Part shown: one piece after another, positions 55,841 through 64,000 of the stretch
How positions within the stretch are numbered: the first letter of the stretch is position 1
Layout: each line of letters opens with the position of its first letter
Source: the human T2T-CHM13v2.0 reference genome, Homo sapiens
Assembly: GCF_009914755.1 (NCBI RefSeq)
Contig: NC_060940.1
DNA: 64,000 bases
Strand: one strand, 5' to 3'
Translations under genes and position numbers: made by a program
The notes under the pieces: generated by a model
Told to the model about the DNA's origin: nothing
Seen by the model: only the letters and a program-made list of their open reading frames with translations
Database searches by the model: none

Positions 55841-58800
55841 TCAGAGCAGGTAGATACTGGTATGAATCTTCTATCGATCAATCAATCAATAATCTATCTA
55901 TCAGCAAAATTAACTGATAGCTTATTATACCCACTTCATACCCATCTAGGTTCTCCATAGCCCCTAATCTAGTTTAATGCTCACAAAAGTCTATCATTAC
56001 CACCACATAACAGATGAGAAAACTGAGGTCTAAAGTCACGCAGCTGGTGAGTGTGCGCAACAAGCAAAGCTGAATTTGTCTCCAGTGCTTGTGACGTGCT
56101 GGCTGTGCACTTCACACCCAGCACACACTCTTGCACTAACCTGAACACTGTCTGCACTCAGGACTGTTTACATCTCCCTTTTATGATAAGGGAACTGAGA
56201 CTTAGAGTTGCCAAAGATGAGGAGCTGGTGAGTGGTGGGCAGGATACAGACCCAGGCTGGGCTGACTTCAGAATTCTCTCCACCTTACTCAGGGAGGGAG
56301 AACAGGCAGCTGGGATCTGGTTTACATAATAACTCTGTCTGTGACCCGGATAAGTGGAAGGGATGACCTGGTAGCTGGCAAGTGACTCAACTTCTCTGTG
56401 CTTCTGTTTCCTATAAATTGGGGATAATAACAGAACCCACGTTCACAAGGCTGGGGTGAGGATTCAGTCAGGCAGACTCTGAAGCCTCAGCTCAGGGCCC
56501 TGTCCATCCCAGGGACTGTGTAGTACCCCCGCTTTTAGTGTCTGTTAAGTGCTAGATGTTTCCAGAAATATTTGTGAAATAAATGACTAAATTAAGGTGG
56601 ATTGGAATAGAATTACAAATGTTTGAGACAACTTAGAGAAAGGGACAATTAAAACATTAGATCGGCTGGAGGGAGTAGCTGGTATACTGGTTAGGCATGG
56701 AAATTCAAGACAAGGAAGGTGCAAATGACCTGAGGAAGCTGCCAGTGGAACATAGAGGTAGAGCTGGGACTTGAACTCTGATCTGTTGGATTCTGGGCTC
56801 TTGGTCTGAACCCCTGGGCTGACTACGGCCTAGAGAAAGATAGAGCCAGTGCCTCCCTGGCACCCCCTGAGCACAGATGGGGGCGGGAGTCATGCATGTC
56901 CCTGAGCACAGCCAGCGCCTGTCCCTTGCTCCAGGGGTGAGAGCCGCTGGCCTGGGAGAGGGGAGGTCAGCTGGGGCCTGGAGCCTGCACTTCAGGGGGA
57001 AGTGCTTGCTGTGTCGGGTGAAAGGAACCCTGGGGCCTTCTCCGTTTGGCTCTGCACAGCCATCCAGTGGGCGGCCCTCAGGGACCCTCGATCCAACCTC
57101 ACCTTTTACAGATGGGCAAACAGAGGCACGGAGCAGGGGCCTGGCTGGCCCAGGGCTGCACGTTCTTGAGCATGCCGTCACGGGCACCTCTCGCTTGTCT
57201 CTTGTGCCTGTCAGGGAGTCAGGAGACATCGCCTTCCATCCTGACCAACCGTGTGTCCTTAAGCAAGTGCTTTAATATCTCTAGGCTTCAGTTTCCCTAC
57301 CTGATAAATGTGGCTACAAGCCCCGTCCTGTTGATAAGATGATGGATGACTAGGGGTGGGTTCCCTACATTCTGACTGGTGCCTAAGTGAGACAGTGGAT
57401 GGTTTACGTGATTCTTGGTGGCTGGGATTCTTGGGGGCCCAGGGCACTCCTATGCTCAGCACTTCTGTAAAATGGGTGATGGCGAGTGGCCTTGGCCTCA
57501 GGGGCCCCAGCCTTTGCAGATCTGCTTTCATGACCAGGCAGCTGGCTCCAGGTCAGAAGCAGGGCACTATTGGCCCAGAGACCCTGTAAGACCCTAGAAA
57601 TGATGCCTCGGCTTGACACTCCAGTAAAGACTGAGAAAGCTGATTATAAAACCAGGCCTTAGAATAAAATCAAATTCAGCAGCCACAGTCAGCTCCCTTA
57701 TGGTTGTCTCTTACAGGTTTCATTGGGAATCACCCATTTAAAGAGGAGGGGGAAGGAAAGAGTTGTGCACTGGTGTATCCATGGGGCCTTGGGTAGCTTC
57801 CCATCCCTCTCCAGGCCTCAGTTTCCTCATCTGTGAAATGGGAAAGCAATCCTGTCACTCTAAAAGCTCTCTGGGGATAGCCACATAGACGGTTCCATGG
57901 CCCTTTCCTTCCCTCTCCTCACCCTCTGTAGCAAAGATTTCTTGACTTTATAACAAAATACTAAAAGTGTTGTTGCTGTTGGCCTGGGGGCCTGTAGTTG
58001 GCCCAGGGGACAGAGCAGCTTCCCAGCCTCCTGTACCTTCCAGCCGTGTGTGCACAGACAGTCATTCTCCTCCTCCTGTCCCCAGGTGTCCTAACCACCC
58101 CCTCTCCAAGAGCTGACTGCCAAGTCCAGTCCTTCTTCTGCTGGGCACACAGAGGCCACACTATCTTTCTGAGGGCCTGCGGAGGACTTTTCATGGGGGA
58201 TGAGCCTCTAGGGGGTGAAATAAAGCACATGGCCCACGCTGGGAGACAGAGATCCCAGGATGTTGGATGTGTGGCTGCCTCTCTTGGGGAAAGGGTGGGT
58301 ACCCTCCAACAACTGGACGCTCACCTGAGAAGCCTTGCCAAAGCCAGGGGCTCCCAACCCAGTGTGTGTAAGAATCCCCTGGTGGGGTGGGGGTGGGATC
58401 CCAGGGGCTTGTCCAAGAGCAGGTTTCCTGGCTGCTAACATAGGAAGGTGCCATTGAACAGGCCTGGATTCTGCATTTTCCATGAGTCCTCTAAGGCTGT
58501 GCTGAGGCAGGGGTTCCCTGACACTGTTCTTTTGAGAAACACAGGTGTGGTGACTTATTCTCCAGGCCCAAGATGGGTTGTACAAGCGCCTAGCATTTCA
58601 AAAGGAATGGAGGTGATGGAAGGTCCAGGAGCTGTCCCTTCCTCTGCCTCAGTGTGCTAAGGAGAGCTCCAGACACAGCGGCTGTCACTAACTCTTCCCC
58701 CTCCCACCCTGCCCCCAGCAGGTGCCAGGCAGGGCCCCAGGAGAAGGGGACTCAGGCCACAGCAGGCAGAGGACAGCTGAGCTTGGGATCAAATACTGAC

Positions 58801-58950
58801 CTCCAGTCTCCAGGGCTGTGTGTGTCCAGGGGTCCGGGAGGAGTGTCATATGGCCCCTTCGAGCTCTTGGTTCTCAGCTCCGGCAACAAGCCGAGGGGCT
58901 GCCACTTTCTAAGTTCCCCGTTTGAAAACAGGAAACAGGCTGTGTGACCT
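58801..58950 (-). other. SNX20: SNX20 non-coding first exon (TSS approximate)
   Basis: Minus-strand donor GACTGGAG|gtcagt at 58801/58800; non-repetitive sequence with locally more CpG. Joining it to exon 2 gives ...gactggag|ccttggagcATG, as I recall for the mRNA. Confidence 0.7.
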
Positions 58951-59100
58951 GCTTCTGATCGCCCCAGCCCATTGGCTGGTGAAACATGGTATATTGAACT
59001 CAACTGCCAGCCTGCCAGCTGTACCCACCTCTTCTTCCGGGTAGCGCAGGGAAGGGCAAGGCGGTGTGGGGCCAGCCCTGTGGGATTTAGCTCAGCCTCA
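58880..59100 (-). promoter_or_regulatory. SNX20: Putative SNX20 core promoter without a TATA box or CpG island
   Basis: Lies at and just upstream of the exon 1 start; ETS/PU.1-like GGGGAACTT (- strand) and ACAGGAAAC; no TATA box seen. Confidence 0.4.
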
Positions 59101-59811
59101 CTTTCCCTGCCGCCTTGCAGAGGTCTGGCTGTCCTTCGAGTCCCCGTTGATCTCTGGAATTCAGGCATTAGCTCCCAGAGCCCTTTAACATTCATTATTC
59201 TACTCTATGAGCTAGGCATGATGGGGGCCGTCATGCCCCTTGAACAGATGGGAAAACCGAGGCTTGGATCACAGAGCTGGTGGGACACAGAGCCAGTGAC
59301 TGACATAGAAGAGCAGTGGGGTAGAATTACAGTTCCATCTGGTGCCTTTTCTCTGAGCAAAGCTGTATCCATCACCACCAACAGAAAGTCCCAGGGAAGC
59401 GAAACCCCAGGGCAGTGTGGTGTGATTCATGCCCACCCATCTTTGTGGCCTTGAAGGCAAGAAACAGAAATCAGACAAAAAAAAAAAAATAGAACTTTGC
59501 TGGCTCGCCCAGAAGTTTGCCATGTGTTTTTTTTTTGAGCCATGATTCCCTTCCTCCCTATTAGAGGCAGTCACAGTCCTGATTCAGATGGGGGTTACTT
59601 CTTGGCTTTTCCTTAGAAATTTACCACCTATGAGATCCCCAAACAATTCAGTTTCATTTTACTCATCTGTGAATCTTATATAAATTGAACCATGCATACT
59701 GTGTGTATTCTCCAGTGCCTTGCTTCTTTCATGCAACATTTATGGGTGTAAGATTCACTGATGCATTTCTGTGTAGATACTTTTTTTCATTTCCATTGTT
59801 GTGTTGCTACA

Positions 59812-60095
59812 TTATTATTATTATTTATTTTACTTTAAGTTCTGGGATACCAGTGTAGAACCTGCAGGTTTGTTACATAGGTATATATGTGCCGTGGTGG
59901 TTTGCTGTACCTATCAACCCATCATCTAGGTTTTAAGCCCTGCATGCATTAGGTATTTGTCTTAATGCTCTCCTTCCCCCTGGCCCCCACCCCTGACAGG
60001 CCCCAGTGTGTGATGTTCCCCTCCCTGTGTCCATGTGTTCTCACTGTTCAACTCCCACTTATGAGTGAGAACATGCTGTGTTTGGTTTTCTGTTG
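59812..60095 (-). mobile_element. L1PA 3'-end fragment nested in an older L1M (about 59560-61050)
   Basis: tttactttaagttctgggatac...tttgttacataggtat...cccacttatgagtgagaacatg is the reverse of the L1PA 3'UTR. Confidence 0.85.
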
Positions 60096-60399
60096 CTGCA
60101 TTATTTAAATACATCACCATTTGTCATTTTTTGTTTTGTCTTTTGATGCACACTTGGGTTGTTCCTAGGGTGGCCATCATGATCAATGCCACTGATGATA
60201 TTCTTACACATTTATCCAAGTCCATGTACTTATCTGAGGTGAAATTGCTGGGTCTCAGAGTATAGATAGCTTCAACTGTGCTAGATTACGCCAAATATTT
60301 TCCACAGTGGCTGTGCCATTTTGTATTCCCACCAGCAGTATATGAGAATTCCAGGTGCTCCACCTTCTTACCTGCACTTGATATGGTCATTATTATAAT

Positions 60400-60694
60400 T
60401 ATTTTAAAGATGGGGTCTTGCTCTATCACCCAGGCTGGAGTGCAATGGTACCATCATAGCTGACTGCAACCTAGAACTCCTGGGCTCAAATGATCCTCCC
60501 ACCTCAGCCTCCTGAGTGGCTAAGACTACAGTTACGTCACCATGCTTGGCTAATAAATTTTTTTTGTTTCTGGAGGGATAGACCATCATGGCCACTATGT
60601 TGCCCAGGCTGGTCTTGAACTCCTGGCCCCAAGCAATCCTCCTGCCTTGGGCTCCCAAAGTACTGAGATTACCAATGTGAGCCACTGTGTCTGG
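60400..60694 (-). mobile_element. AluJ inside an old L1
   Basis: Reversed Alu consensus. Confidence 0.85.
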
Positions 60695-61924
60695 TTTGGT
60701 CAGTGTTTTTCAGTGTACCACTGCATTAATGTGCAGTGGTCTCTCATCAAGGTTTTAAGTTGCATTTCCCTAAGGACTAATGATGTTGAGCATCTTTTCA
60801 TGGGCTTATTTGCCATCCTTATACCTTCTCCAATGAAGTGTCTGTTCAAGGTCATTGCTCATTATTGACTTGATTATTTTTAATGGTTTGTAGGTGTTCT
60901 TTATGTATTCATTTGGGTTTATGTGCTTCTCAATATCCTTTTCCATCCTGCAGTTTGCATTTTGTACTCTCTTAATGGAGTTTTGTGACGAATAGAAGTT
61001 GTCAACTTTAAAGAACCATATTAGTCCTTTGATATGGTTGAATTTCAACTTTCCTAATTGCAACATGAAATTTAATGAAGTCCTCCTAGTGCCAAAACAT
61101 TCCGCCTTGAGCCAGTGTCATCCTTGGAGGGCATGAAGGTTTCTCCTGTATTTGCTTCTGCAACAAGCTCATAGGCTTGTGAACCTCAAGAGGAGTTCAG
61201 ATGAGCCAAACACTTAGAACAACACTGTTCCGAGCTGTACAAGTGCTGGCAGTTCTTACTATTCTAAAACCGTTGCTGCTTGTCTTTTTCATTGGAGGCT
61301 CTATAATGTCCCTGTTTACCTATTGACCTTGCTTATTGACATGGCCCTGCAATTCCACCTCTCTGCAGTGCCGTCACTGTCATTAAGAACCTCCACATCT
61401 GCAAAGGTCTGTCTCTGGGCAGAGCTCACGAGGAGTGCCATGAGTGGTGTGCCTCTGGCCTGCTAGCTGGGGCACCCCGTAAGTGCAGGGGCCATAGGTC
61501 GGTCATCTCCGCCTCCCCCTGCCCAGCAGAGGGCCTGGTGGTGTGGCTCCCTGCATACAGTGAGGCTGGAATGCCCTCTCCTCCCTGGGTTGTGTCCCGT
61601 AACTTTCCAGTTTTCTCGCCTACTCTCTGCCCAGGCCTGGAATCTGCAAGACACCAGGGTGGACTCTAAGCCTTTCTCTGCAGCCCTGTGAGCCTCTCAT
61701 GCTGCAGAAGGCAACCACAGGGGAAAAATGTGTGGTTGCCACCACTTCCTCTTATGGGGAAAGGAGACGTTTCTTGGAAACCCCCTGATGGAGAGGGGCC
61801 TGGCCTATGTCGGTAGGACCCAGCTGAGCCAGAGTGACCGGAAGATGCCACGCATGGCCACCTGTTGGATGTTGCTTTTTCTCTGCAGCCAGAGTTCTCT
61901 GTGGTGGAGGCAGAAGGCATAGGT

Positions 61925-62243
61925 AGTGTCTTAGCTTGGGCTGCTGTAGCAACACACCGCAGACTGGGCGGCCTAAACAACAGACATCTCTTTCCCACAG
62001 TTTTGGAGGCTGGGAAGGCCAAGATCAACGTGTTAACAGATTCAGTGTATGGGGAGGGTTTGATTCCTGGTTTGCAGATGGCTGCCTTCTTGTTCTATCC
62101 TCGCATGGCAGAATGAGGGCTAGAGAGTGCTCAGGGATCTCTAACCTCATGGCCTAATTACCTCTTAAAGGCCTCACCTTTTTCATTAGGAATTCAATAT
62201 ATGAACTATATGAACTTGGAGGCCACATACTCAGTTCATAACA
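61925..62243 (-). mobile_element. MLT1-type LTR
   Basis: tgtcttagcttgggctgctgtagc...cacagttttggaggctgggaag.ccaagatcaa. Confidence 0.7.
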
Positions 62244-62647
62244 GGCAGACAAGGTCCCATCGTCATGCGGGGGACACAGGAGTGGGCATCCTCCATTGCA
62301 GCGCTGAAGCCAGATGGCGAGGAGGGTCACCACGAGGCACCAGGAGTGAGAAAGGGGAAATACTAGTAGTGTCTCAGAATCTGATGCCTCTCCTAGAATT
62401 CAAAATCAGAGCACCTCTCCATCTTATTTGGACCCTTCAGTGGCCTCCCACCACATTCAGAGTAAATCCGAACTCTCTGCTGAGGCTTCCATGATCTGCC
62501 GCTTACCGTTTGTCACTCGGTCCACTCCCAGTGTCACCTACCACACACCAGCCAACCCAGACTGCTCTCTGTTGCTCAAACGTGCCTTTGTTTTCGCAGT
62601 TCCTTCAGCTGGAAATACCCTCCGCTTGGTTTTTCCATCTCTGGCTT

Positions 62648-62727
62648 ATCTCATCTCATCTCATGTCATCTCATCTCATCTCATCTCATCTCATCTCATC
62701 TCATCTCATCATCTCATCTCATCTCAT
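62648..62727. repeat. (ATCTC)n pentanucleotide repeat, about 15 units with interruptions
   Basis: Read directly from the sequence. Confidence 0.92.
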
Positions 62728-63741
62728 GAAGCAGCAGCTTCACTTTCGCTCCTCCATGCAGCCTTCTTCTGACCCCTCTGTCGAGATCTGTCCTTGTTTT
62801 GCTTATTCGTATACTTGTGCAGTTCCTGTCTCAAATGCCACAATGGCAGGGACTTTGTCTGTATCATTATCTGTGTCTCTAGCACCCAGCACAGTGCCTG
62901 CCACATAGTGGGTGCTCAGTAAGTCATTGTGTGCATGAATGAATGGCGGGGTGAATGCAGAGAAGTGGTCACCGAGGCTGTGGCTGCAGCTCAGCCCTGA
63001 CTCATTGTGTGATTCTGGGCAGGCCACCACCCTGTCTGATTTTTGGCTTCCCTAATTGCAACATGAAATTAAATGATGTCCTTTTACCACCAAAGCATTC
63101 TACATTGAGCAAACAATTGAGTACTAGAAGCTACCCCTCACTACCGCTCTGGATGCCTGACATGCTTGGAACTGCAACACTGGTACGCCTTCTTTGAGAA
63201 ATTCAACAAGAGTGTATCGGTCCCAGGTGTGCCTCTCAGCGCTGGTAGAGCAAACCACAACTGGCCAGGTGTTTTTCGCAGGTGACACAAAATTTGATCT
63301 TGTCAATCTTGTTTTTCTGCAGCTGGATGTGCCTGTATAGCTTTTTATTAAATTTCAAAGGTTCTTAATATTGCAGGACTTAAAAACTGGGGTTGCAGAC
63401 AGAATGCACTGTGGGGCACCGCTGTGGTTATATTGAGACATGGCAGGGTGGGGCTGGGTACAGGCCCATTTATTTCTACATTGCAGGCCGCGGGAGCTTC
63501 AGTCACCATTACTGAACTTCCTGGTCTTTGTCAACCTCAGGACTGTCAGAACTGCTGATTGTGTAAAGATTCATGGCTAAGATTAGGAGAAAATCCAACT
63601 TTTCTGATCAGGAGAACATACACCTCCCATTCTTGGGACATCTGTTTGGGCAAAGGTGCTGATGAGCAGTTTGGGTGGGGTTAAGGGCCATCAGGTCCAT
63701 TGTAAATCATTTTAAGGTATGTGCCTTGCACAGAGGACCTA

Positions 63742-64000
<259 letters not shown>

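Overview
This is mammalian genomic DNA, and almost certainly human: it is Alu-rich and carries a full-length AluYb8-type insertion. I recognise the proteins as the NKD1-SNX20 locus (from memory chr16q12.1, next to NOD2; NOD2 coding sequence is not in the window). The + strand holds the last five coding exons of NKD1 (3098-11394: EF-hand/EFX region through the His-rich C-terminus), followed by a probably very long 3'UTR with a distal AATAAA at 26842. The - strand holds the whole SNX20 gene: a non-coding exon 1 near 58.8-58.95 kb and coding exons 55012-55141, 53385-53536 and 51021-51689, which splice to 316 aa. The rest is mostly Alu, MIR, L2, MaLR/ERVL LTR and DNA-transposon remnants; family names and ends were called by eye, without RepeatMasker. 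I found no convincing new multi-gene system, and most six-frame ORFs are spurious. The best leads are: a MIR-derived alternative last exon for SNX20, with inverted Alus flanking the normal last exon; a CpG island with clustered CTCF motifs; a 163-bp dispersed duplication carrying CTCF-like motifs; a 7x51-bp minisatellite amplified from an LTR fragment; a TCF/CDX/GATA/octamer motif cluster beside a perfect G5x4 quadruplex; and convergent poly(A) signals that suggest an antisense transcript.
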